The notes under the pieces: generated by a model | Databases searched by the model: none | The model's input: the letters and a program-made list of their open reading frames with translations, nothing else | What the model was told of the DNA's origin: nothing | Made by a program: the position numbers and the translations under genes | Assembly (NCBI RefSeq): GCF_009914755.1 | Contig: NC_060929.1 | DNA: 64,000 nt | Direction: 5' to 3' (one strand) | Source: the human T2T-CHM13v2.0 reference genome, Homo sapiens | Shown: piece after piece, positions 29,639-42,344 of the stretch | Layout of the letters: each line of letters starts with the position of its first letter | How positions within the stretch are numbered: the first letter of the stretch is position 1

Positions 29639-30654
29639 GTGAAATATTGTCTTGGAAATGTATGACAAGTCCTACTTTTATATTGTTCTTTAATAGTGTT
29701 TGAGTTTGCCTACTGAGGAAGATAAGGTATAATTTTAAATTATATGTCCACTGGATTTAAGTAATACAATCTTAATAGCTAGAGCAATAGTGACAAATAT
29801 ATTGTTTTCACCTTTTCCTTTGATTATAGCTGGAAAAATATTTAAAACCATAGAGCATCCATATTCTTATGTGATATTACGCATATCACTCACAGGAAAA
29901 ACACAACTAATTTTGAGTTGAACCCAGCTGAAATAAAGAGAATATGAGCATCACATAAAGTTAGTTTTTATTCTCTTATAATATTGCCTTCACTCCTTCT
30001 ATACTGATTCTAATTTTGCTACCCTGATTCCAAGAAATCCGTTTTATCTAGATGTTATAGAGTTCTGCTTTCTCTTTATTGCCTTGAGCAGTAATGGGTT
30101 AATCAAACCAGGAAATACCTGCATAACAAGCCATTTCATATCGAGAACAGGAGAATTGAGAAAGAGAAAGTGCTGATAAATATCCCCCATTCATAAGAAA
30201 AAAATTCACAAAGACAGAAAATCCATAGATGAAAATGAAAAAAAAAAATAAGGCTCTCTGCAAATTTCTCAACTTTAGAATTGAAGTAATTAAAGATTAC
30301 TGATCTTTAATCAGTTAAAAAAAAACTGAGGATGGCCATAGTTTGCTGTCTTACTTCTACTAAATATACACATTTTAAATAAACCCCACACAACTAACTA
30401 CCTCCTATGAACATTATTTAGTTGATAAGTAAGTCTCCTTTTTATAGTGAAAATGTAGGGAGAACTAACACTCTTGCCTTTAATTGCACAGCCTTACAGG
30501 TTTTGAGAGATGCAGTCAACACTTTGTCAAGAACTGTCATTGTGAGCCAGGGAGGTGGAAGCACAATTCTGTTCAATGGTTTCTTCCCTTTACATACAGG
30601 ACAGCCTAGATTCCTTTTATTTTATTTTGTTTTTCAAACTTCCTCATTTCTATT

Positions 30655-31075
30655 TGCTTATTTGTTTATAATTTTTGATTCAGGAGGTCCACTTGCAGGT
30701 TTGTTGCGTAGGTATATTGCACGACACTGATGTTTGTGCTTCTAATGATCCCATCACCCAAGTAGTGAACATATTACCTTATAGGTAGTTTTTAATGCTT
30801 CCTCCCCTTCCTCTCTCCCTACTTTTATAATACAATCCCCAATGTTTATTGTTCCCATCTTTGTGCCCATGTGTACCCGATGTTTAGTTCCTGCTTATGA
30901 GTGACAACATGTGGTATGTGGTTTTCTGTTTCTGCATTAACTCAATTAGGATAATGGCCTCCAGTTGTATTCATGTTGCTGCAAAGCACATGGTTGCAAC
31001 TGGAGGCTGTTATCCTGAGTTGTTTATAGCTGTGTTGTATTCCATGGTATGCATATACCACGTTTTCTTTATTTG
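30655..31075 (-). mobile_element. L1PB-like 3' end
   Basis: TGCAGGTTTGTT..GGTATATTGC..AATGATCCCATCACCCAAGTAGTGAACAT..TATTCCATGGTAT. Confidence 0.88.
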
Positions 31076-31128
31076 GATTCCATTTAAGTAGACAAATTGT
31101 TGTATGTTACAAAAATTCATGGGATCAT

Positions 31129-31769
31129 CTATTAGTTAACTAGGATTGCCATAATAACATATCAAAGACTAGATGGCTTATAGGGGTGTCCAATCTGTCA
31201 GCATCCCTGGGCCACACTGGAAGAAGAATTGACTTGGACCACACAGAAAATACACCAACAGTAAGGACAGCTAATGAGCAAAAAAAAAAAACAAAAAAAA
31301 AAAACAAAAACAACAACAATAACAAAAACATAATGTTTTAAGAAAGTTTACAAATTTGTGTTGGACCACATTCAGAGCCATCCTGGACCACTGGCTGTGG
31401 GCTGTGGGTTGGACAAGCTTGGCTTAAACAATAGACAATTATTGTCTCACAATTTTAGAGTTTAGAATTCCAAAATCAAGGTATTTGCAGGGCTTGTTTC
31501 TTCTGACAGCTCTGAGCAAAGGGCTGTTCGACTTCTCTGGTTTGTAGATGACCGTCTTCTCCTGTCTTCACGATGTCTTCTCTCTGTGTCTGTGGCCAAA
31601 TGTCCTCTTCTTATGGGACATAAATCACATTGGATTAGGGCTCACTATAACGACCTCATTTTCAATTAATTACTTCTTTTAAATATCTTATTTCCAGTGA
31701 CATTCTGAGGTAATGGGAGTTAGGACGTTAGCATATGAATTTTGAGGACACAAAATTCAGCCCATAACA
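31129..31769 (-). mobile_element. MLT1 LTR (MLT1B/C-like) interrupted by MER30
   Basis: GGATTGCCATAA..GGCTTA[MER30]GCTTAAACAATAG..CATTCTGAGGTA..CAGCCCATAACA. Confidence 0.85.
31181..31421 (+). mobile_element. MER30 (hAT-Charlie)
   Basis: AGGGGTGTCCAATCT..CCCTGGGCCACA..GGGTTGGACAAGCTTG; partial TSD GCTTA. Confidence 0.92.
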
Positions 31770-31933
31770 GTTGACATTCTTGATGATCAGAAGCCATGGC
31801 CAAGACACAGCCTGGCAGAAGCACAGATAACAGCGCCCTGGAGAATATTTCCTTCTCACCTCCAGAATTCAGTATATAGGATGTGCAAAAGAGAAGCTGC
31901 AGGGCAGGACCCTACAGCAGAGATAACCAGTAA

Positions 31934-32318
<385 letters not shown>

Positions 32319-32569
32319 TGATTTTTCATTTTCTAAAACTTCTTTTGTTTATTCATTCCTCTATGAATATGCAGTTCTTATATTGGCTTTATTTGCAGAA
32401 TATTGCTCACTCTTTAAGATCTGTCTTAATGGCTGGCTCCTTCCAGATAGCATTCCCACACACCTGTGTGGGAATAAGTTTTTTCTCCCTTGCTCTCCTG
32501 AGGTCACCAATTATTTTTTGTTTTATAATCCTGCCATTTCCTTGCTCAGTCCACTCTGAAGACCACCGA

Positions 32570-33115
32570 TCGCACACAGAAGATCCAAACTCCTCATCAT
32601 AGCCAAAAAGACCCGAAAGATTTGGTTCCAGACAACTTATCAGATATCATATCCTTTCTCAATCTCTCTCTGTTTGCCCACTGAAGCCACGGTGGTGTTC
32701 ACTTTTGTTCCACAAATATGCCAAACTTATCCCTCCTGGGTGTCCCCTCTACTCGTTTTTACTTCCCATTGTAAATTCTTCTCTCACATGATCTCATCGT
32801 GGATTCCTCTCAGTTACTCGTATCTTGGCTTAAATGGCTTCAAGTCAGAGGCAACTTTTCTGACCACCAATCTGAATTAAACTCCCAGTGTGCCTCTAAT
32901 ACATCAGCTTCCTTGATTGGCTTTATTATGCATTATTAGTCCTTAATCATATCTTATAAATTAATAATTCATTTGTTGATTTTCTGTCACCCTCAACTGC
33001 AATGTGAACTCCAGGGGAGCAGAAACATACTGGGTTTGTTGAAGTCTCTACCAAGGCACTCAAATAGGTGCATGAAATATATTGAGAAAAATTTTTGAAT
33101 AAATGAATGAATCGT
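32570..33115 (+). mobile_element. L2 3' fragment
   Basis: AATGTGAACTCCAGGGGAGCAG ... TTGAATAAATGAATGAAT. Confidence 0.7.
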
Positions 33116-33776
33116 TAGAAAAATGAATATAATAAATTTAATGCATGCATAGATACATGCTACGCACTCTACTTGGTACTGAAAATAGCTTTAGAGGACA
33201 GGGAGCATGCACTATTTCAAAAATAGTTTTTTTGGTTTTTTTTGAAAAATTTTTTTTTTGTCCTTACTTTTTCCTTTAAGAAGTATCCATTGAGATGATC
33301 TGAAAGTTGGGTAAAATTTTTCCAGGTAATTATGAATAAAAGAGGAGAAAGCCATTCCATTAAGATGGAAAAGTTTATGGATACCGTGAGATGGGAGGAA
33401 AGGCTGGGTACTTGAAAGAAGGACAGAATACACTGAACTGAGAATGGGCCATTGGGCAGAGTAGGCCACAGGGCCTTAGATGAGACCATGGGACCTGGAA
33501 ACAAGCCTGCAATGTAATGTTAGATACAGATAACTAAACAGACAATAAACAATGTGATGGGATGGTCAAAACAAAAGGAATCTGACACAGGTTCTAGGAT
33601 GAGTGGACAAGCTGTTGGCAGTGGGATGGTCCAGGGTTGGGGGAGGCAGTGTTCAGGTGATCAGATAAGAGGAGAAAGGTGTCTGGGCAGAGTGTGATCA
33701 TGTGAAACCCCCACAAATTGGGAGGGCTGTGGTTGAGAATGAAAGTTTTGTACTGTATATGGTCGAGCATGGTGTA

Positions 33777-34379
33777 CAGTAAGTCCTCAGAAAATACCTT
33801 TTGTTCGACATTGTTTCATAGTAATGTTGATGAGACTAAAAAATGTCGAATCTGAGCCAGGGTCACCGTCTGTGCAGTTGGTGTGTTCTCCCCAGATTGG
33901 CGTGGGTTTTCCCCAAGTCTTCTGGTTTCCTCCTTCATCCCAAAGCTGTGCACATTAGGTGAATCGGTGTGTCTAAACGGTCCTGGTGTGAGTGGGTGTG
34001 GATGTGGGTGTGAGTATGCCCTACAATGGAACAGTGCCCTGTCTGGGGCGGGTTCCCGCCTTTCACCCTGAGCTGCGGGCAGGCTCCGGCTATCCACAAC
34101 CCTGAACTGAAATGATTGGGTAAATAGTTACTTTATTTACATTTATTCATCTCTCTTAAATGTACATACAACTCACATGTATTTCAATGTCTAATGTAAG
34201 AAGTGTTTTGATCTTTATTTTGAAGTTTTGTGATGTTCTTGTGACCAGAAATCTGCTCCAGGAACTTACATCTTGTTTATATCAAGTAGCGTATGGTAAA
34301 ACTGGTTTCATTAGATGGCATTTTGAATAAAGCTGCAGTTTCCAAGAACCTATTGATGATGTTAAGTGAGGACTTACTC
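33777..34379 (+). mobile_element. MER6(A) TcMar-Tigger non-autonomous element, apparently full length
   Basis: TA|CAGTAAGTCCTCA ... TGAGGACTTACTC|TA inverted termini with TA TSD; internal GGTTTCCTCC..CATCCCAAAG. Confidence 0.88.
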
Positions 34380-35619
34380 TACCAGGTGGGGCAGTGGCTC
34401 TAATAAAAGCTGGAAAAACAAAGACCATCCCATGAAGAGCCTGTGAGACACAAGGTTAGTGCAAGTTTATAACTAGAATTACCTTATGCTGCTCAGCAAA
34501 CACAAGGAGTACTCTGTGATGAGGCTGGAGAATTCAATTTAAGGGGTAGTGATACCCCGGATACATTCATGCGTACCTTTAATATTCCCTATCGTTAAGA
34601 AGACTCATATAATTTTGAAAGAAAATGAGACGATAATTAAACTATCAAAAGGCTACAACACAGCATCTTGCACTTCTGAAGAAATACCATTTGCAAAACA
34701 ACAACAACAAAAACTCCTTTTTGCACAATTGAAGAAGCAGTTATCCTATATTTCACCCCTTCTGTCAGACCCCACGGGTATACAGGACATATGCTTTCTA
34801 TCTGGTTTCAAACATGTGCTTAGATGGCAGGCATCACTTGGGGCAAGAGGAAAAATGAATTTCAAACAACACGAAAAAATGGAATAAATATCATGCTTAA
34901 AAACTGAATTTCTCCATCTGCCTCATCATATGCAGCAAAAAACTAAAGGATCCTACCACTCTTCACAGAAACATTCCTTAAAGATGTTCATTGAGAATTT
35001 TTGAACATTGATTATGTTATTTGGCTATTTATGACTGGGAAAAATATTATTAAAAGTGAGAAAATGGGAATGTTTTTAGTTATAAATTCAATTAACAAGG
35101 CGGTGGGGCTAAATGTGTTCTTTACACATGATTTATTGTATCCAAGGACCTTATGTCTGTCAAGAGTTTCAGTAGCAGCTTCCATATGGGAGGGATGTCT
35201 TGCTATGGTGTATGAAACATGAAAAGAGTCTGACAAGTTGGAAGATATATATACACACACACACATAAATATATATATGTATGAATGCATATACATATAT
35301 GCCAGAAATAGATATTCATTTAAGACATTTCATTAAATCAATGTGAAGTAATTCACAGCGCAAAAAACAAATTTAGAAATATAAGAAGAAATAAACTTTA
35401 GAACATACAACCACTAAGAATGCAGTGAAATCTATGAGAAGAAATATACTGAGTATGACGCCCTTAATAATTGCAATGTGAGTTAGCTTTCTTGAAGTGG
35501 AAGGGGATCCATGAATTTTGACATCGGGGAAACACAGAAGAGGGGGAACATTCTATTCCTTGAAAATTCTAGAGGAAAACAGAAATATGGAACTTACTTT
35601 TTTACAAACCACTTAAACT

Positions 35620-35860
35620 GGTTTCTTATAGACCAGGCACTGTTCTAACTTTCAGAAATAGTGTATGCAAATATGAACTACATAATCCTTATAAACAACC
35701 CTATTAGATGCACACGATTCTTGGACCAATATTATTTCATGTTGTAGGTGAAAGAAATGGGAAATGGAGAGGTTAAGTAACTTGTCACTACTGATAAATG
35801 GCTAAGCTGAATTGGAAACTAGGCCATTCAACATGAATCCTGTGCTTGGCACTTCTACAG
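35620..35860 (-). mobile_element. MIR
   Basis: CCAGGCACTGTTCTAA..AATCCTTATAAACAACCCTAT..GAGAGGTTAAGTAACTTG. Confidence 0.8.
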
Positions 35861-36624
35861 TTTGGTGACATATCCAACACAGCTAAGCACTGCAACCTAA
35901 ACTGTCCAGGCAACCCTAAAAGGCCCAAAGGAGTCAATGCTACTTTGTTAGTAACATGGTGAATTACCCATTTAATCCTAATTTTGATGACATAAAAATT
36001 AAGAATTTTGTTGGAGGGGTTCTAAGTTTACATGTTCTAGGGAAAATGTTGCAACATAATGTAGATGGATTTTGATCTATGTCACTTTGTTATAATCTCT
36101 CCTTGGTCATTTGAAATGTGTATGACAAATTGTTTTTGTGAATTTGGAACTAGGAACCATAAGTATGTCTTTGCTTTAAAATAGCACAAAAATTCCAAAT
36201 AAATCTTTCTCAGCAATTCCTTTCAAGCTTCTGCCTTGATCTTGAAAATTAATTCTGTCTTTATTTTGTTTTCGTAGCTCTCATCAAAATTTTTGCTCAG
36301 CAATCCATCAACACTGCTGTTGTCAACATAAACAATGGAATCCACATTGTGATTCCAATCATCTGTGCTCAGTCTTGATCTTTTAAGATTCATCAGCAGC
36401 AATTGACCCAGTTGAAAGGCTTCCTTCATTTAATTTCAGAACACCACACTTCTTGTCTTCACCCTACACTGACCACTTCTTTTGCTCTTTTTATTTTTCT
36501 TCATTCCTCTGATGTTTTTCACTCCCATGCCCCCGAGCCTAGTTCTTGGATATCTATTCTCGTCTGAACTTGTTGCATTAGTAATCAAATCCTGGGTCAA
36601 GTTGAGTAAAATCATTCTATTGTG

Positions 36625-36830
36625 CCTGGGTCTGACTCCCAATTCTGCCACTTACCAGCTGTGTGATCTTGGAAAATATTACCTTAGACTTTTAGCGTCA
36701 TTTTCTCATCTGCTAAATGAACATAATGTTAATAGTGCCTTTCTCATACAATTCTTATGAGGATTAATTAAACAACATAACACATACTAAAATCATAGAA
36801 TAACGCCTGACATAGAAAGTGTGATGTGTT
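36625..36830 (+). mobile_element. MIR
   Basis: TCTGCCACTTACCAGCTGTGTGATCTTGG..TTCTCATCTG..TGAGGATTAA. Confidence 0.85.
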
Positions 36831-36859
36831 TGTTTAAATAAACAAATCTTAGTCAATAT

Positions 36860-38010
36860 CATATAACATATCTACTAGGATGAACTCACCCCTGAATTTT
36901 GTATGAATATATCAAATTTCCTAGTCAACATTTCTCCTTTGTTGGCTAAAGGCAGCTCAGACTTCATTTGTTCAGTTACTGGCAAAGCTATATTCCCATT
37001 GCTCAGGCCAGATACCATGAATTCACCTTGGATCTTTCTCATTTCCTCACACTGCATATATAATACATCACCAATCATCTTGTCTCAACCTTCCTTCCTT
37101 TGCTCACCCGTTATTCTGCTGTATCTCTGTTCCCACCTAGTATCATTGCTCACCAGGTTGTTGTACTTGCCTAAAAAGGAGCTTCCTAATTCCACCCCTG
37201 GGCCTCTATAGTGCACTATCAACACATCAGCCAGAGAAGTCCTCTGAAAAGATAAAACCATCAAGGTCCTTCCACTGCCCTCAAGGCCCCACTGCCTGTC
37301 GAATCTCTTTTTTTTTTTTTTTTTTTTTTTTGAGATGTAATCTGGCTCTGTCACCTAGGCTGGAATGCAGTGGTGTGATCTCGGCTCACTGCAACCTCAG
37401 CCTCCGAGGTTCAAGCAATTCTCCTGCCTCAGCCTCCTAAGTGGCTGGAATTACAGACATGTGCGTCCACACCGGGATAATTTTTGTATTTTTAGTAGAG
37501 ACAGGGTTTCACCATGTTGGCTGGGCTGGTCTCAAACTCCTGACCTCAAGTGATCCGCCCAACTCAGTCTCCCAAAGTGCTGGGATTACAGGGATGAGCC
37601 AGCGTGAGCCACCGTGCCCAGCTGAACCTCTTCTATAATCTTTCTCCACTCTCTCCAAGTTTCCATCACACTGGCCTTCTTGCTGGTTTTTGAATAGCTC
37701 TTACCTTAGCGACTTGAAATTTGTGATTTAATTTGGAAAGCTCTTCTTCAGACACTTTCAAGCTTTGCTCCCATATCTATTCCAAGTCATTTCAAATGTT
37801 ATTTTATCAGGAAGATATTCTTGAAACATATTTTCAGAATTTGCAAACTACCATTTCCCCTTCTCTGTACAACACAGAAACTTCCTGGCACTCTTCCCAG
37901 CTAATTTTCTGCATAGCATTTATCATTTTCTATAAACTTATTTATACATAATTTAAATATTATATAATTTAATAACTTGTTTGTATTCTCCTCACTAGAA
38001 TGTAAACACC
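36860..38010 (+). mobile_element. L2 fragment interrupted by an Alu
   Basis: TTGCTCAGGCCAGATACC, CACACTGGCCTTCTTGCTG, CACTAGAATGTAAAC. Confidence 0.7.
37308..37623 (-). mobile_element. Alu (AluSz/Sx-like)
   Basis: Full reverse Alu; TSD GAA(T/C)CTCTT; small internal duplication TGAGCCAGCG-TGAGCCACCG. Confidence 0.94.
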
Positions 38011-38364
38011 AACATGGTTAACAACATTTAATGATTTTTTAATAAATTTATCCACAACCCAGAGAAGAATCCTTGACACAAAATAATATAGAGACAATTT
38101 TCAACACTATATTTGAGTAAATTAATCCACGAGTCTATAATCCATCCCCCTACTGATATTTTATATAAACTAGGGATAAAATTATTAAGGAGAAAAAATG
38201 AAAGGGGCAAAGTGAATTCTTATTTTTCTCTCTGTCACCCAGAATATGTCACCCAAATATGTCTGTTTACAAACATATTTGAAATACAAAAGCATTTAAG
38301 AATGCCAAAAATATACATATGACATATAATATTATTTCTCAAATCTAGTCTGCCAATGTTTAAG

Positions 38365-38480
38365 TCTTTTTTAGTTGTAGTTTTAATTGACACGTAATAA
38401 TTGTATAAGTTTACAGGGTATAATATGATGGTGAGACACATGCATGCATTATATAATGATTAAATCAAACTAATTATTTT
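38365..38480 (-). mobile_element. L1MA extreme 3' fragment
   Basis: TTTAATTGACACGTAATAATTGTA..GGGTATAATATGATG. Confidence 0.65.
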
Positions 38481-38554
38481 CATTTAATAATTATTACTAA
38501 AAATAATTTATATAATTTATATAAGTAGACATAGATACAAATAGTGTGCTCTTC

Positions 38555-38884
38555 TTTTTCTTTTTCTGTTTCTTTTTTTTTTTTTTTTTTTGTGACGTAG
38601 TCTTGCCCTGACACCCAGACTGGAGTGAAGTGGCATGATCTTGGCTCACTGCAACCTCTGTCTCCCCCGTTCAAGTGATTCTCCTGCCTCAGCCTCTCAA
38701 GTACCGGGGATTACAGGCACCTGCTACCATACCCGGCTAATTTTTTTTTTTTTTGGATTTTTAGTAGGGACAGGGTTTCACCATTTTGGCCAGTGCTGGT
38801 TTTGAACTCCTGACCTCAAGTGATCCGCCTGTCTTGGCCTCCCAAAGTGCTAGGATTATAGGCATGACCCACCGTGCTCAGCCC
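38555..38884 (-). mobile_element. Alu (AluSz/Sx-like)
   Basis: Full reverse Alu; TSD AGTGTG(C/A)TCTTCTT. Confidence 0.94.
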
Positions 38885-41773
38885 AGTGTGATCTTCTTAA
38901 AAGGTAGTTTTACTATTTTTAGCAGATTCTGAAATATCCACGAATGTGTGGTTAAATGACAAAGGTTATTATGTAGTCAAGAAAAGTGATTTATTCTACT
39001 TTTAGTTCAAAGATAAAATGTACATTTCCCCATATATTTATCTTAGTAATCAGTCTTAGTTTACATGGCAGAAAAGTCTAGCTGGGTACCTAAAGTTCTG
39101 TATCTACCTTCTCTAGAATGGTTCCTGGGGAATGCAGCACAGTCTTGTTAGAAAACAGGTCAAGAAAAACGAAGTGCAATGCTATACAATGTAACAAAGT
39201 TGATATACTTTGAAATCATTATATGAGCTTGTGTCAAAGAATACATACTTAATCCCCATTCCAGAGGAAGAAAAAGTGGTAGCAGAAAAAGATATTTGAA
39301 CTAGAGGAGCATATTATTGCCTGCTAAATGGAAAAGATGGTTATTCGTCCCTAGTATGGGGTGTAGAATAGGGTATACCCAGTGTAGAAGTAGCCCAAAT
39401 TACAGTATCTGGCATGTTATTCTGGCTGTTTTCAAAGATAAGGCAGTGTGACTTTCTCAAAAGTCAGATGAAATCATTTAAAAATATGAACGAAAATATA
39501 TTCCAATGCCAAATATATATAAAAAATTATCTGCCACACTGGCCACACTACAGTTCTCCTTAACTAAAATAGATAATTATGTACTGACTACCTAAAAATA
39601 ATCATTGCCAGGGGATATTTATATTAAACTGCAGAATCAGAAACTGAATCTGTTTGTATCTCCTTAACAGGCTCATGATCGTCCTTGAATAACTGATTTT
39701 TTTTATTTCCTGCACTGTCTTGGCATTCTTATAAAATTGGCAAATTTAGTTGTATCATGAACCTGATTTAAAAGAATACTGGGGAAATTAACAGATTAGC
39801 CTTTTTCAAAAGCTTTAAAATTTGATTAAAGTTTCTATCTTCAACACAAAATGAAACTTGCCTCACTGTGTATGAATTACTCATTTGAATCCAAAGACCT
39901 TTGATTAGGATAATTTTTCAAATATAAACAATTAGTAACAGACCATTTATTTACTAAATGTTATAGGAGAGAGCCAGCTGTCTCTATTTCCCTTCCTTGA
40001 TTATTTGAAGTTAGAATTTTCTCATGACATTTAGCCATTTATAAATGTTCAGTTAAACATGACAGTTGTTATGGATTGGATATTTGTAAGGTCATTTTTC
40101 ATAGACTGCCCCAGAAGAAACATATTTCAATCAAAGCAAATGATAAGCATTTCCATATAATTTGACTCCACTTTTACTATGGCCCAGAAACATATCTTAT
40201 CACTTCCTCAATTTAATTTGATATGGAAAGGGCCTCTTTTTAATCAACTTTAAAATTATGTTCTGTTGACTTGCAAATGACAGGTCAATGCTAATTGAGA
40301 GAGGCCTTAAAAACTCTGACATCTTTGATTGCTGCACAAAGATTCCATGCTCAGTATGTTCTGATACTTGGCTTTTCCATATTCCCTTACGAGGTTAAGA
40401 AGATGAATGCTCATTGGTTTTAATCCTTACCATGATTTATGAGCCTCTTGGTATCCTTTCCCCAGAGCATCTACAACTGTGTGGTTGTTCTGCCTGCTGC
40501 TTAAATTACACAGACATCTGCAAACTAAATTATGGATTGTTGTCCCATAGACCATAACCAAGAATTCTCTTCATCACTCCTGCAGTATAATTTTTTTTTT
40601 CTGATTAGGACAAAAAACATGTATGTATTTCCTTGCTTCTGTACTAAGGGCATTTTAAGCTAATTTGAATGATAGCACAATAACCTGCATTGTGACCTAT
40701 CACAAAAAATCAAAGCAGCATGAAATATAACAAGGTAGCTTTAAAGGCAGAAAGAAAAAAAAAAGATCCTCTATTTATTTATATCTTTCATCTTTATTTA
40801 AGGCATTGAATATTTAGACTCACAGAAGGAAAGTGACCTTTAAGATTAACTGAAAATATGCACCATGGAATAAAATGCATGTAAATGACCTTTGTGTCTC
40901 TTGAGTGTGATTTTAAGAGCATCGTGTGATCTGATCTATGACTATTTAAATTAAACACAAAGCAAAGAAATAGAAAATTACATAAAGGATAATTCATGGA
41001 AGACTGGGATACCTTTTTTAATGTACTCTTTTCTGCTGGTCTCACTTGTAGTAAACCTGTTTTAATAATCTGAAGGCTTGAAGCAATCATGAGTAATTGG
41101 AATAACTCTTTCGTCTGAATTAAAAGTCTGGTAGAGTCTACTTTGGAATAATCAACTGTTTCTGTATTTTTCCTTTCTTTTCTCTCCTTGTTATTCTGTG
41201 TAGATGATGAATCATAATTCCCAATGACAAGTCCATTGTGAAATCCTAACAGGCGTGTCTCAAATTATTAACCTTTGACAATTACCAAAATTAGAAATAT
41301 CCCTGCATTTATCTTCTTCAGATGTGCTAATTGCAACTCTAACAATAACCTGCCAGGGAATATCACATGAACAAAATTTACCAAATGATTTTTAGTTATG
41401 CCTTACAAAGTATATTAAAAAAAAAAAAAAACAGATGGCTCTGCAATTCATTTTTTGAACCCTATTGTCAACTCAGCAGGACACAGTGAACACTAAAGAA
41501 AGACTCAAATCCACTCCTGGCTGAGCAGATCTGCTGTTCCCTCCATGTTTCCATCAGTTTCTGTTTCACCTCATCACTGCTGAAAGGCAATGTTTTCTGA
41601 GTGTCAGGACCTGATATTCATACCAATGCCCTAAAGACTTGCTTTTTAAAAGGCAGATCCTAGATTTGTTTGCCTCTGTGTCAGTGAAAAGCTCACTTCC
41701 AAAACTTTCCATTTGTCGACACTCTTTGCATCCTCATCTTCATAAAATAAAGGATTAGTGGAATCTTGATAGT

Positions 41774-42138
41774 TGATATGGTTTGGCTTGTGTCCCCATC
41801 CAAATTTCATCTTGAGTTGTAGTTCCTATAACTCCCACATGTTGTAGGAGGCACCCAGTGGGAGGTAATTGAATCATGGGGTGGGTCTTTCCCATGCTGT
41901 TGTTATGATAATGAATAAGTCTCATGAGATCTGGTGGTTTTATAAAGGGATATTCCCCTGAATATACTCTCTTGCCTGCTGCCATGTAAGATGTGCCTTT
42001 GCTCCTCCTTTGCCTTTCACCATGATGGTGCAGCCTCCCCAGCCATGTGGAACTGTGAGTCCATTAAACCTCTTTTTCTTTATAAACTACCCAGTCTCAG
42101 GTACGTCTTTATTAGCAGCGTGAGAACACACTAATACA
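41774..42138 (+). mobile_element. THE1 solo LTR (THE1B-like)
   Basis: TGATATGGTTTGGCT ... CTAATACA; TSD ATAGT/TTAGT. Confidence 0.95.
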
Positions 42139-42307
42139 TTAGTTAAAACCCTAAACTATTTAAACATATCTTGAAATAAATTATTTTTGAATAATTATTT
42201 AATTTCCTAAGAAATTATACAGGATAGATGGAAATAGAATTAAATTGGTGCTCCCAAAAGATCTGATATATATATAATCTCCCAGTCTATTGCCAGCAGT
42301 CATCTTT

Positions 42308-42344
42308 ACACACACACACACGCACACACAGACACACACACACA
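42308..42344. repeat. Interrupted (CA)n
   Basis: Seen directly. Confidence 0.9.

Noticed and set aside
36223-36429. Protein-like minus-strand ORF between inverted MIRs
   Set aside because: No recognisable homology and no convincing splice sites. A tBLASTn/PhyloCSF check would be needed to revive it.
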